Source: Candidatus Niyogibacteria bacterium
GTDB taxonomy: Bacteria; Patescibacteriota; Minisyncoccia; HO2-45-28
Assembly: GCA_016432485.1 (NCBI GenBank)
Contig: CP066691.1
Span: forward strand, 77,466 to 141,465
DNA length: 64,000 nucleotides
Direction of reading: 5' to 3'
The notes beneath the pieces were generated by a model that saw only the letters and a list, made by a program, of their open reading frames with translations, was not told the origin of the DNA and made no database searches. Every line of letters begins with the position of its first letter. Position 1 is the stretch's first letter. A program made the translations under genes and the position numbers. Below are positions 9,032 through 18,862 of the stretch, piece by piece.

Positions 9032-10264
9032 ATGCCAAAACAAAAGGAGATGTTGAATTTATTCAAGAAAATCAAGGCGGAATTTTTGGGGAAGAAAATC
9101 CTTTTGGTCGGCCTTGGATTGCAGGGCGGGGGAGAGGGTGTTGCGAAATTTCTTTTGAAAGCCGGATCTAAACTCACCATCACGGATTTACGTCCGAAAA
9201 AGGATTTCACCCGATTTTTAAAAAAGTTTGCCAAAAAAAGGGTAAAATTTATCTTCGGGCGTCATCGTTTTTCGGATTTTAAAGCATCCGATATCATCAT
9301 TAAAAATCCCGCCGTCTCCGAGGCCTCGCCTTTCATAAAATACGCCAGAAAAATCGGCAAGCCCGTTTTGACCGAAACCCAAATTTTTTTTGACCTCGTC
9401 CCCAGAGAAAAAATAATCGGCGTCACCGGCACCAAAGGCAAGACCACGACGGCCATGCTTCTGACACACCTGCTTAAAAGCCGTTTTAAAGTTGAACTGG
9501 TGGGAAATATTCCGGGGCGCTCGGCGCTTGAATCGCTTGCAGGTCTAAAAAAATTTCCCGACTTTTTTGTCTACGAACTTTCGAGTTTCAATCTGGAGGG
9601 GCTTCGCGTAAGCCCCAAATACGCGATTATCATCAACATTTTTCCCGACCATCTGAATCGTTATAAAAGTTTTAATGAATACAAAAAAGTTAAAAGCAAC
9701 ATTTTTAAATATCAAAAAAGGGGAGATTTTTTATGGTTTGAAAGAAAAAACAGCTTTTCTTCGGACATCGCCGGGAAAGTCGCCCTGTCTTTCGGGATAA
9801 GCGATAGAGAGGTAAAAAAACGCCTGAAATCCTTTAAGCCGGCCGAGGGACGCCTGGAGAATCTAGGAAAAATAAAAGGAGCGCTCCTGATAAACGATAC
9901 CACCTCCACTAACCCCGGCGCTACTCTTTTTGGCATAGCTCAAATTCAGAAACGCCTTAAGATTAAATCCCGGCGCGTTATTTTGATTGCCGGAGGAGAA
10001 AATAAAAAACTCAAATACGGCGAATTTTCAAAAAAAATCAAAGGGTTGAAGAAAGTTATTTTGATCCCTGGTTCCGCTTCAGACCTTATAAAAGGCAAGA
10101 ATATCTTGCGTGTTAAAACTCTTAAAGATGCGGTTAAAAAAGCGTTTGAAATCGCCAAGAAAGGAGATTCAATACTTTTTTCTCCCGCCTCCGCAAGTTT
10201 TAACGCTTTTAAAAATGAGTTTGAGCGCGGACGAGCTTTCAAAAAAATCGTAAAATCCCTATAA
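9032..10264 (+). CDS. murD: UDP-MurNAc-L-Ala:D-Glu ligase
   Basis: GVTGTKGKTTT, GNI, ELSSF, DHLNRY, SPASASF..F.ERG. Confidence 0.92.
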   Translation: MPKQKEMLNLFKKIKAEFLGKKILLVGLGLQGGGEGVAKFLLKAGSKLTITDLRPKKDFTRFLKKFAKKRVKFIFGRHRFSDFKASDIIIKNPAVSEASPFIKYARKIGKPVLTETQIFFDLVPREKIIGVTGTKGKTTTAMLLTHLLKSRFKVELVGNIPGRSALESLAGLKKFPDFFVYELSSFNLEGLRVSPKYAIIINIFPDHLNRYKSFNEYKKVKSNIFKYQKRGDFLWFERKNSFSSDIAGKVALSFGISDREVKKRLKSFKPAEGRLENLGKIKGALLINDTTSTNPGATLFGIAQIQKRLKIKSRRVILIAGGENKKLKYGEFSKKIKGLKKVILIPGSASDLIKGKNILRVKTLKDAVKKAFEIAKKGDSILFSPASASFNAFKNEFERGRAFKKIVKSL

Positions 10265-10273
10265 TAAATTCAA

Positions 10274-11359
10274 ATGCCGAGAAAGCGGGATTCAATTCTT
10301 TTTGGTATAATTTTGGCTTTTGTCGCGGTTGGCGCGCTTGCTTTAATGTCGGCCTCGCTCGGGCTTTTTGAGGAAAGCTTATCTCCGTTCAAACTCATTT
10401 TACGTCAGCTCGTCTTGGGCCTCGGGCTGGGTTTTTTATTTTTTTATTTGGCCGATAAGGTTCACTACCGTTTTTGGCATAAAACCGCTTTTTGGATTTT
10501 TCTGGCCAGTTTAGCTCTGACTATTTTGGTGTTTGTGCCCGGCATAGGTTTTGAAAGCGGGGGAGCCAAGCGCTGGATAAGCTTCGGGCCTTTATTTATG
10601 CAGCCGTCAGAATTTTTAAAAATCGGCTTCGTAATATATCTGGCCGCCTGGCTTTCATCTCGCGGGCGAGAAGTCGGCTCAATGCAATTCGGAGCGGTTC
10701 CGATATTCGGAATGATACTCGCGATGTCCGCGATTTTTTTTAAACAGCCGGACTTGGGGACTCTGGGAGTGATTATCATCTCAAGTTTGCTTTTATTTTT
10801 TACCGCCGGCGGAAAATTAAAGCATCTTGGTCTGATGGGCGTTGTTATAATGGTTTTGCTGGCCGGGGCGTTTTATTTCAGGCCGTATTCTCTGGAGAGA
10901 ATACAGGTATTTTTAAACAGTGATTACGACCCGCAGGGCGCGGGTTACCAGGTGCGTCAGGCCTCCATCGCTTTTGGTTCCGGAGGAATTTTCGGCAAAG
11001 GTTTCGGCCAGGGACTGCAAAAATATAATTATCTTCCGGAGCCGACGGCGGATGCGATATTCGCGGTAATCGGAGAAGAATTCGGATTCGTCGGCGCCTC
11101 TTTTTTGGTGCTGCTTTTTATATTTTTTCTGTGGCGTTCAACCATTATTTTAAGGAGAACTCCTGATATTTTCGCTAGACTCCTTGGCTCCGGAATTGTT
11201 ATACTGATAGTTGTTCAGGCTTTTATAAATATGTCGGCTCTTACCGGTTTATTGCCGTTGACCGGCCTGACCCTTCCTTTTATGAGCCAGGGCGGATCGT
11301 CTTTGATCGCGCTGCTTGCGGCCGTCGGCGTTTTATCCAACATTTCAAAATATCGATAA
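10274..11359 (+). CDS. ftsW: SEDS family cell division protein FtsW
   Basis: GAKRW, QPSEFLK, QPDLGT, LPEP..D.IF..IGEE, PLTG..LPF.S.GGSS; lies between murD and murG. Confidence 0.9.
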   Translation: MPRKRDSILFGIILAFVAVGALALMSASLGLFEESLSPFKLILRQLVLGLGLGFLFFYLADKVHYRFWHKTAFWIFLASLALTILVFVPGIGFESGGAKRWISFGPLFMQPSEFLKIGFVIYLAAWLSSRGREVGSMQFGAVPIFGMILAMSAIFFKQPDLGTLGVIIISSLLLFFTAGGKLKHLGLMGVVIMVLLAGAFYFRPYSLERIQVFLNSDYDPQGAGYQVRQASIAFGSGGIFGKGFGQGLQKYNYLPEPTADAIFAVIGEEFGFVGASFLVLLFIFFLWRSTIILRRTPDIFARLLGSGIVILIVVQAFINMSALTGLLPLTGLTLPFMSQGGSSLIALLAAVGVLSNISKYR

Positions 11360-11360
11360 T

Positions 11361-12491
11361 ATGAGAATTCTTTTGACCGGAGGGGGAACCGGAGGCCACT
11401 TTTTTCCGATAGTGGCCGTAATCCGCGCGCTTAAAAAAATGGCCGAATCCGAAAAATTTGTTGAAATGGAGCTAGTGTATCTTTCGGATAGTCCCTACGA
11501 CCTCGGCATTTTAAAAGAAGAGGGAGTGGAATTCATATCTGTTCCGGCTGGAAAAATCCGCCGTTACTTTTCCTTGTTTAATTTCACCGATTTATTTAAA
11601 ACCGCCTGGGGCATAATCCGCGCGATAATATACGTTTTTGGCAAGATGCCTGACGTTATTTTTGCTAAGGGAGGGTATGCCAGTTTTCCGGCCCTGATTG
11701 CGGCGAGGCTTTTTAAAATTCCGGTAATAATCCATGAATCGGATTCGGCGCCGGGCCGGGTTAACCGCTGGGCCGGATCTTTTGCCAAACGCATCGCTAT
11801 TTCGTTTCCGGAAAGCGCAAAATATTTTCCTTCCTCCAAAACGGCTTTAATCGGAAATCCGGTTCGGGAACGGATTTTGGGCGGGAACATTGAAGAGGCC
11901 CGGTCTATTTTTGGCTATGAAGATGTTCCGACCGTGCTGGTTCTTGGCGGTTCGCAGGGTTCTGCTAAATTAAACGATATTTTAATAGATATACTTCCCG
12001 AAATTTTAAAAGAAGCAAAAATTATCCATCAATGCGGTAAGAATAATTTTGACGATGTTTCCAAGAGGATCTCGGTGGTTTTGGGGCAGAATCAATTTAA
12101 AAACAGGTATAAACTTTTTGCCTTTTTAGATGAAAATATTTTGCGAAGCGCCGTTTTAGTGTCAAATTTAATTGTTTCGCGGGCGGGCGCCGGAGCGATA
12201 TATGAGATAGCCGCGTGGGGTAAGCCGTCTTTATTGATACCTCTTCATAATTCAGCCCAAGACCATCAGCGTCAAAATGCTTACGCTTACGCCCGAGCCG
12301 GCGGCGCTGCTCTGGTGGTTGAAGAAGAAAATCTGGCTCCGAATCTTCTTTTGGCTGAAATACGAAAATTATTAAGCGATAAGCCGCGGCTCGAAAGAAT
12401 GGCCCGGGCGGCTTCCAATTTCGCCAAAATTGACGCCGCCGAAATCCTGGCGCGCCAGATTATATTATTGGCTTTGGAACATGTAAGATAA
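11361..12491 (+). CDS. murG: Lipid II GlcNAc transferase
   Basis: GGGTGGH, GGYAS, HES, GNPVR, GGSQG, SRAG, HQ..NA. Confidence 0.95.
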   Translation: MRILLTGGGTGGHFFPIVAVIRALKKMAESEKFVEMELVYLSDSPYDLGILKEEGVEFISVPAGKIRRYFSLFNFTDLFKTAWGIIRAIIYVFGKMPDVIFAKGGYASFPALIAARLFKIPVIIHESDSAPGRVNRWAGSFAKRIAISFPESAKYFPSSKTALIGNPVRERILGGNIEEARSIFGYEDVPTVLVLGGSQGSAKLNDILIDILPEILKEAKIIHQCGKNNFDDVSKRISVVLGQNQFKNRYKLFAFLDENILRSAVLVSNLIVSRAGAGAIYEIAAWGKPSLLIPLHNSAQDHQRQNAYAYARAGGAALVVEEENLAPNLLLAEIRKLLSDKPRLERMARAASNFAKIDAAEILARQIILLALEHVR

Positions 12492-12526
12492 ATTAACCTA
12501 ATTTCTAATTAACCTAATTCACCTAA
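12489..12526. repeat. Degenerate AT-rich short tandem repeat
   Basis: TAAATTAACC/TAATTTC/TAATTAACC/TAATTCACC units. Confidence 0.5.
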
Positions 12527-12539
12527 AATATTCAATTTC

Positions 12540-13979
12540 ATGATTCGCACTCGCATAGCGCCTTCTCCAACCGGAACTTTGCATTTGGGCACAGCTAGAT
12601 CCGCTCTTTTTAATTTTATTTTCGCGCGTCAGCGCCGCGGGAAGTTTATTTTAAGAATAGAGGACACTGATTTGGAACGATCCGATCCGGTTTTTGAAAA
12701 AGACATACAGGAAGGATTAAAGTGGCTCGGACTAAATTGGGACGAGTTTTATCGCCAGTCTGACCGATTAGACCTGTACGAAAATTATTTGAAAAAACTT
12801 TTGGAGCGCGGTTTGATTTTTTGGTGTCCTCATTCCGAAGAGGAATTGGCCGCTGAACGTCAAGAACAGGCGTTAAGAAAAGAAGTATTGCGCCACTTTT
12901 GTCCATATCGTGACGGTTCGGCCGACAGCCGGGGCGGTAAAAGCATTTTAAGGTTTAAAAATGATGTTAAGGAAACAATAGTTTTTAATGATTTAATCCG
13001 CGGGAAAATAAGTTTTGACGGCCAAATCCTGGGGGATTTTTCAGTGGCTAAAAATATGCGCAACCCTCTGTATAATTTCGCGGTGGTGGTGGATGATTAT
13101 GAAATGGCGATATCGCATGTCATACGAGGAGAAGACCATATTTCAAACACGCCCAGGCAGATTATTTTGCAGGACGCCCTGGATTTTAAACGTCCCGAAT
13201 ACGCTCATCTGCCTTTAATTTTGGGCCAAGACCGTTCAAAACTTTCCAAGCGCCATGGCGCTACGTCCGTACTGGAGTATAAAAAATCAGGATATCTGGC
13301 CGAGGCAATGATAAATTTTATGATTCTCTTGGGTTGGCATCCCGCATCTTTGTCTGCGGCAAAGGCGCGGGACAAGTCTCTGGAAAAAGAAAAGGAAGTT
13401 TTTACAACGGATGAAATTATTGAACAATTTTCATTGCAGCGCGTTCAAAAGGGCGGAGCCGTTTTTGATATTGATAAGCTTAATTGGCTGAACCATTTGT
13501 ACATAAAAAAAATGGAAATAAAAGACCTGGCTGAAATACTGAAACATTTTGCCGGAGAACTTGGCCAAAAAATTGAAGCTGATTTTGAAAAATGGTTAAA
13601 AATAACTTCTTTGATGCGGGATCGCCTGACCGTTTTAAACGAGGTAGGGGAGTCGGCCGAATATTTTTACAATGAACCGTATTATCCGAGAGAACTTCTT
13701 TTTTGGAAAGAAAATCAGCCCGCCGAAAATATTTTGCGACATTTAAAACATATCTACAAAACACTGTTAGATATCAAAAAATGGCAAAAAGAAAATCTTG
13801 AAAATAAACTTATGCCCTATGCCGATGAAGCCGGCCGGGGAGAAGTTTTATGGCCCTTGAGGGCGGCTCTTTCCGGAAAACGCGCGTCAGCCGGTCCGTT
13901 TGAGATTGCTGAAATTTTAGGCAAAAACGAATCGCTCAGGCGCGTTGAAAAAGCAATTAAAATTATTGAGCAAATATGA
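12540..13979 (+). CDS. gltX: Glutamate--tRNA ligase
   Basis: RIAPSPTG.LHLG, LRIEDTD, HVIRGEDH, KLSKR. Confidence 0.95.
   Translation: MIRTRIAPSPTGTLHLGTARSALFNFIFARQRRGKFILRIEDTDLERSDPVFEKDIQEGLKWLGLNWDEFYRQSDRLDLYENYLKKLLERGLIFWCPHSEEELAAERQEQALRKEVLRHFCPYRDGSADSRGGKSILRFKNDVKETIVFNDLIRGKISFDGQILGDFSVAKNMRNPLYNFAVVVDDYEMAISHVIRGEDHISNTPRQIILQDALDFKRPEYAHLPLILGQDRSKLSKRHGATSVLEYKKSGYLAEAMINFMILLGWHPASLSAAKARDKSLEKEKEVFTTDEIIEQFSLQRVQKGGAVFDIDKLNWLNHLYIKKMEIKDLAEILKHFAGELGQKIEADFEKWLKITSLMRDRLTVLNEVGESAEYFYNEPYYPRELLFWKENQPAENILRHLKHIYKTLLDIKKWQKENLENKLMPYADEAGRGEVLWPLRAALSGKRASAGPFEIAEILGKNESLRRVEKAIKIIEQI
13341..13376 (+). mobile_element. In-frame hairpin+CAAG mini-insertion in gltX (36 nt)
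   Basis: CCCGCATCTTTGTC-tgc-GGCAAAGGCGCGGGA then CAAG; encodes PASLSAAKARDK after LGWH. Confidence 0.6.
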
Positions 13980-15214
13980 ATTTACGGCTCGTTTTTTTAA
14001 TTCCGCTGGTTTTGGGGCCATTTATTGTTTTCGGGGCTGATCTTGACGAGTTGCGTTTCCAGATTTCCGAGAAAAATAAGCAGATAGCGGAGCTTGAAAA
14101 GGAAATTTCCGAATTTCAGCAGGAAATAGAAAAAACTTCCGAGGAAGCCGATTCGCTTAAAAATCAGATTAACGCTTTCACTGCCACGATTTCCAAATTA
14201 TCCAGGGAGATAAGCGTGGCCCAGAGAAAAATTGAGACGGCCGAACTTAGTCTGGAAGAACTTGGAATTCAGATTGCCGGCAAAGCTTCTTCCATAGATC
14301 AATTTAAAGATTCGCTCGCCGAAATTATCAGAAATATGGACGAATTGGAGTCCCAAAGTTTAGTGGAAATAATGCTGGCCCACGCTTCGCTGTCTAATTT
14401 TTTCAGCGACGTGGATTATATTGAAAATCTTAGCTCTGAAATGGAAATTCGCCTGGCCGAGTTGAAATCGGCTAAATCTGAGCTTGAATCCGAGAAGAAC
14501 AAAAAAGAAGAATTGCGCGCCCAGTTGCGGGACTTGCAATCCGAATTTAACGCGCGTAAGTCTATTGAAGAAAACGCGCGCCGTCAAAAAAACGACTTGC
14601 TAAAAATTACTCAAAATAAAGAAGCGGAATATCAGGAACTTTTGAAAGATCGCGAAGCTCAAAGAGAAGCCGTGCTGAATGAGATACAGGAAATAGAAGA
14701 CGAGTTGAGGAAGCTTATTGATCCGGAATCGCTTCCGGAGGCGCGCGAAGGTGTTCTTGCCTGGCCGATTAAAGGAGCCGTGCTTACTCAAAGCTACGGA
14801 GTTACTCCTTATTCAGAGATACTATATAACGGCAAACCGCATAATGGCATAGATATTCGGGCGCAGATTGGGACTCCGGTTTACGCGGCCGAAGACGGAA
14901 TAGTTATGAAAATAGGCGATACGGATGCTTTCCCCCGCTGTCTTTCATACGGGAAATGGGTTCTCATTAAACATCCGAATAATCTGGCAACCTTGTACGC
15001 GCATCTTTCTTTGATAAAGGTCAATAATAATGACATAATTAAAAGGGGAGAGCTTATGGGCTATTCCGGGGACACGGGATACGCGACAGGACCACACCTT
15101 CATTTTACGGTGTACGATGCCAATACGGTCGAATTCAGGCCTTCCAGCTTGCCTAAAAGCACCTGTAAGCTCCTGCCTTTTGGCGGCTATTTAAACCCCA
15201 TGGCTTATTTATAA
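13976..15214 (+). CDS. Coiled-coil + M23 peptidase (EnvC/NlpD-like)
   Basis: Signal peptide, long coiled coil, HNGID, YAHL, TGPHLHF. Confidence 0.88.
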   Translation: MNLRLVFLIPLVLGPFIVFGADLDELRFQISEKNKQIAELEKEISEFQQEIEKTSEEADSLKNQINAFTATISKLSREISVAQRKIETAELSLEELGIQIAGKASSIDQFKDSLAEIIRNMDELESQSLVEIMLAHASLSNFFSDVDYIENLSSEMEIRLAELKSAKSELESEKNKKEELRAQLRDLQSEFNARKSIEENARRQKNDLLKITQNKEAEYQELLKDREAQREAVLNEIQEIEDELRKLIDPESLPEAREGVLAWPIKGAVLTQSYGVTPYSEILYNGKPHNGIDIRAQIGTPVYAAEDGIVMKIGDTDAFPRCLSYGKWVLIKHPNNLATLYAHLSLIKVNNNDIIKRGELMGYSGDTGYATGPHLHFTVYDANTVEFRPSSLPKSTCKLLPFGGYLNPMAYL

Positions 15215-15224
15215 TTTTTATATA

Positions 15225-15518
15225 ATGCCCGATAAAAAAAATAAAAAACAGGGTTTTATACAGTTGTTGGTCATTTTGGCGCTGGTAGTCATAATTTTAA
15301 GTTTGCTCGGGGTATCGCTGTCCGCACTTTTTCAGAACAAGGTTTTAAGAGAAAATTTCTCGTTTATCGGAAATATTTTTGACGCGATTTGGAATAGCTG
15401 GCTTGGACGCATAGTTAATGTCGTTTGGAATTTTGCCTATAATTTTTTCACGGATTTTATCTGGGGCGCTTTTATTGACGCGATGAACGCCATTAAGGCC
15501 GGCAAAAACCCTATTTAA
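15225..15518 (+). CDS. Small membrane protein with prepilin-like leader
   Basis: Basic leader KKNKKQG|F followed by a hydrophobic helix. Confidence 0.55.
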   Translation: MPDKKNKKQGFIQLLVILALVVIILSLLGVSLSALFQNKVLRENFSFIGNIFDAIWNSWLGRIVNVVWNFAYNFFTDFIWGAFIDAMNAIKAGKNPI

Positions 15519-15574
15519 GTATAAATAGGTCGGAAAAGGTATCTTGGGCGACCTACTCTATATTGTCCCCCGTC

Positions 15575-15652
15575 AATTAGAGCTAACCAAATAAAATTAT
15601 TCTAATTTCTAATTGCTCTAATTATTCTAATCAATTAGAATAATTAGAAATT
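15575..15652. repeat. AT-rich direct/inverted repeat array (TCTAATT units)
   Basis: TTCTAATTTCTAATTGCTCTAATTATTCTAAT facing ATTAGAATAATTAGAAATT. Confidence 0.55.
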
Positions 15653-16837
15653 ATGAGAATCTCATATTCGGCCATAGACACATATAAAACCTGCCCGCTT
15701 AAATATAAGTATTCCGAGATTGATAAGATTAAAGCTCCAAAATCTCGCGAGGCTGTTTTTGGAACGGCCCTGCATTCAGCGCTTCGGTTTATGTTTTTGC
15801 GCGATCCTCTGTACCCCGCTCTTGACGAAGTGATTAATTTTTATCGCGAAGAGTGGGCTAGAGTCCGCGAGAGAGTCAGCTGGCCGGACGCGGGGAGCGA
15901 AAAAATTTTAAACGAACACGGAATAAAAATTCTTGAAAAATTTTATAAGAAAAACCTGCCGTGGAATTTTAACGTTCTGGATCTGGAGTCAAGGTTTGAA
16001 CTGCCGATAAAAGACGAATCAACCGGCGAAACGCACACGCTTTCAGGGATTATTGACCGCATAGATAAGCCGGACGACGAAACTTACGAAATAGTGGATT
16101 ACAAAACAGGCAAACGGCTCCCCTCTCAGGAAACTCTTGACCGCAATCTTCAACTCTCCATTTATCATCTGGGACTTTTAAATCGCTGGCCGCATATTTC
16201 AGGCAAAAAAATCCGTTTAACTCTCAATTATCTTCCGCACGGCGAAAATATAAGTACTGAAAGATCTTTGGATGACCTGGAAAAAACTAAAAACAGCGTT
16301 CTTGAAACTATACGAGAAATTGAAAAACGTAAAAATAAAAATAATGATTTTGAGCCTTCCCCGTCCCCTCTTTGCGATTGGTGCGGATATAAGCCGATAT
16401 GTCCTGTCTGGAGACATTTATACGAGAAAGATAAATCCTCTGCTCCGGACGAAGAAAAGATAAAAGAGATAATCGCGGAATATTTTAAGCTGAAAGACGA
16501 ATCAAAAGATACTTCAAGCCGCGTCAAGGAATTGCAGGCGGAGCTGGCCGATTATATGCGCCAAAAAAATGTTTTGCGTCTTTTTGGCGAAGAGGGCTTT
16601 GTGTCAAAAACCATTAAAACAGTTAAAAAATATGATTTAGTAAAAGCTGAGGCTATTTTGCGCCCGATCGGAAAATGGCAGAATGTTCTTAAAGCCGATG
16701 AAAAAAAACTTGAAGAGCTTTTATCTTCCCTGCCTTTGGATACGGTCGGGAAGATAAACGAGGCCGCGACCATAAAAACATCTGAATTTTTGACGGCAAC
16801 CAGGAAAAAGATTCCAAACCCACTTTTCCCCGTTTAA
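15653..16837 (+). CDS. PD-(D/E)xK RecB/AddB-like nuclease with 4-Cys motif
   Basis: ISYS..CP, FG..LH, G.IDRID, IVDYKTG, QL.IY, C..C.....CP. Confidence 0.85.
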   Translation: MRISYSAIDTYKTCPLKYKYSEIDKIKAPKSREAVFGTALHSALRFMFLRDPLYPALDEVINFYREEWARVRERVSWPDAGSEKILNEHGIKILEKFYKKNLPWNFNVLDLESRFELPIKDESTGETHTLSGIIDRIDKPDDETYEIVDYKTGKRLPSQETLDRNLQLSIYHLGLLNRWPHISGKKIRLTLNYLPHGENISTERSLDDLEKTKNSVLETIREIEKRKNKNNDFEPSPSPLCDWCGYKPICPVWRHLYEKDKSSAPDEEKIKEIIAEYFKLKDESKDTSSRVKELQAELADYMRQKNVLRLFGEEGFVSKTIKTVKKYDLVKAEAILRPIGKWQNVLKADEKKLEELLSSLPLDTVGKINEAATIKTSEFLTATRKKIPNPLFPV

Positions 16838-16872
16838 TCCACCATTTTACGTTTTTTTAACCTCTCGGCAGT

Positions 16873-16902
16873 TTGACCTTCTGCCATTTATTTTGCTAAA
16901 AT
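16873..16902 (+). promoter_or_regulatory. Promoter of dnaB-recR
   Basis: TTGACC-N18 with extended -10 TGcTAAAAT. Confidence 0.5.
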
Positions 16903-16911
16903 TTACCCATA

Positions 16912-18252
16912 ATGCCGGATATAGCCCGTATTCCTCCCCAAAATCTTGAAGCCGAGATGTCTGCGCTTGGCGCTTTGATGCTTGACGCTAATGCCGCGTT
17001 TAAAGTTATTGATTATCTGCGCCCCAAAGATTTTTATCGTCCGAATAATAAAACGATATACGAAACAATTCTCGAACTTATTGAGAAAAGAGAACCCGTT
17101 GATATGGTTTCGATCGCAAACCGCCTTCAGGAAAAAAACAATCTGGAAGCCGTCGGCGGGAAAGCCTATTTGACCGATCTTGTTAATTCAATTCCCACGG
17201 CCGCCAACATAGGCCATTACGCGGAAATCGTCCACAAAAAAGGCGTGATGCGTGAATTGTTGGAGGCTTCCCAGCATATAAACGATCTGGGATATAAAGA
17301 GGAAGAAAGCGTTGATTATCTGCTTGACGAAGCCGAGCGCAAAATTTTCTCCATTTCTCAAGCTTCTTTAAAACAGCGGTTCGTTTCTGTGGGGTCGGCT
17401 TTGGGTGAGGCTTGGGAGAGAATAGACCGCCTGCATAAAAATAAAGGAGAATTGCGCGGAGTGCCCACCGGTTTTGCCGATCTGGATAATATTCTTTCCG
17501 GGTTCCAGTCTTCTGATCTCATAGTTCTTGCCTCCAGGCCCTCGCTTGGAAAAACTTCTTTGGCTTTGGATATTGCCCGAAACGCCGCGACAAAGCATAA
17601 TGTTCCGGTAGGCATTTTTTCGCTTGAAATGTCGGCACAGGATTTGATTGACCGTTTTATCGTTGCCGATGCCGATATTGATTTATGGAAATTAAGAACC
17701 GGCCGGCTTTCCGAGGAAAGCGATGATTTCGCTAAAATCGGTTCGGCTCTTGAAAGGCTTTCCAAGGCCCCTATTTTTATTGATGACGAGGCCTCAAACA
17801 ATATTTTACAAATGCGGGCCATGGCCAGGCGTCTGCAGGCCGACAAAGGTCTCGGTTTAATAGTGGTTGATTACCTCCAGCTGATGCAGCCGAGAGTCCA
17901 AAGCGATAATATGGTTCAGCAGATAACCGAAATATCCCGTTCGCTTAAAGCTTTAGCCAAAGAATTGAACGTTCCGGTTTTGGCCTTGTCCCAGCTTTCA
18001 CGGGCCGTCGAACAGCGTCACCCGCCAGTCCCCCGTCTTTCGGATTTACGCGATTCGGGGAGTATAGAACAAGATGCGGACGTTGTTATGTTTATTTATC
18101 GCGAGGATAAATATAAGCAATCAAGCGAACGGCAAAATCAGGCCGATATTTTGATTCAAAAACATAGAAACGGTCCTTTGGGCCAAGTAACCCTTTATTT
18201 CAATCAGCATAAAACCAGTTTTTCAAGTTTTGCCAAGGGAGGGGGATATTAA
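16912..18252 (+). CDS. dnaB: Replicative DNA helicase
   Basis: PPQNLEAE, RPSLGKT, FSLEM, VDYLQL, LSQLSR, DLRDSGSIEQDAD, RNGP. Confidence 0.97.
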   Translation: MPDIARIPPQNLEAEMSALGALMLDANAAFKVIDYLRPKDFYRPNNKTIYETILELIEKREPVDMVSIANRLQEKNNLEAVGGKAYLTDLVNSIPTAANIGHYAEIVHKKGVMRELLEASQHINDLGYKEEESVDYLLDEAERKIFSISQASLKQRFVSVGSALGEAWERIDRLHKNKGELRGVPTGFADLDNILSGFQSSDLIVLASRPSLGKTSLALDIARNAATKHNVPVGIFSLEMSAQDLIDRFIVADADIDLWKLRTGRLSEESDDFAKIGSALERLSKAPIFIDDEASNNILQMRAMARRLQADKGLGLIVVDYLQLMQPRVQSDNMVQQITEISRSLKALAKELNVPVLALSQLSRAVEQRHPPVPRLSDLRDSGSIEQDADVVMFIYREDKYKQSSERQNQADILIQKHRNGPLGQVTLYFNQHKTSFSSFAKGGGY

Positions 18253-18256
18253 AATT

Positions 18257-18862
18257 ATGAGACCCCAAGTTGTTGAGAAATTAACCAGAATTTTTTCCAT
18301 GATGCCCGGTATAGGTCTTAGGCAGGCGTCTCGTTTTGCCTACTGGCTTGTGGATGCCGATAAATCCCTTGTAGAAGGCCTAAAATTGGCCCTAGACGAG
18401 CTGAAAAGCGTTAAAAGGTGCGATACCTGCTTTAGGGCCTATTCAGGGCAAAATTCCTGTTCCATATGCTTGGATGGCTTAAGGGACGATTCTAAGGTCG
18501 CGGTGGTTGAAAAAGACACGGATTTGGAGGCGATGGAAAAATCAGGGATTTATGACGGCCGTTACCATGTTTTGGGCGGGCTTTTATCAGTGCTTGACGC
18601 TCAAAGCCGAGATCGGCTGCGTCTGAAAGAGATTTTCAGCCGTATAAAGAAAGACGGTAGTATTCGGGAGGTTATTCTTGCTTTAAGCGTTACGCCCGAG
18701 GGCGAATTCAGTTCGCGTTACATTGAAAAAATTTTAGAGCCGCTGGCATCTTCCGGGCGCGAAATAAAAATAACGCGGCTCGGCCGCGGGCTTTCGTCCG
18801 GCGCCGAACTCGAATATTTAAATAAAGAAACGCTTAAAAACGCCTTAGAAAACAGGAAATGA
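18257..18862 (+). CDS. recR: Recombination mediator RecR
   Basis: MPGIG.R.A.R, C4 zinc finger, YHVLGG, TPEGE, ELEY. Confidence 0.93.
   Translation: MRPQVVEKLTRIFSMMPGIGLRQASRFAYWLVDADKSLVEGLKLALDELKSVKRCDTCFRAYSGQNSCSICLDGLRDDSKVAVVEKDTDLEAMEKSGIYDGRYHVLGGLLSVLDAQSRDRLRLKEIFSRIKKDGSIREVILALSVTPEGEFSSRYIEKILEPLASSGREIKITRLGRGLSSGAELEYLNKETLKNALENRK

Noticed and set aside
15653-16837. Cas4 / CRISPR system
   Set aside because: The 4-Cys PD-(D/E)xK nuclease resembles Cas4, but no cas1/cas2 or repeat-spacer array is in the window and the context is housekeeping (dnaB, recR).
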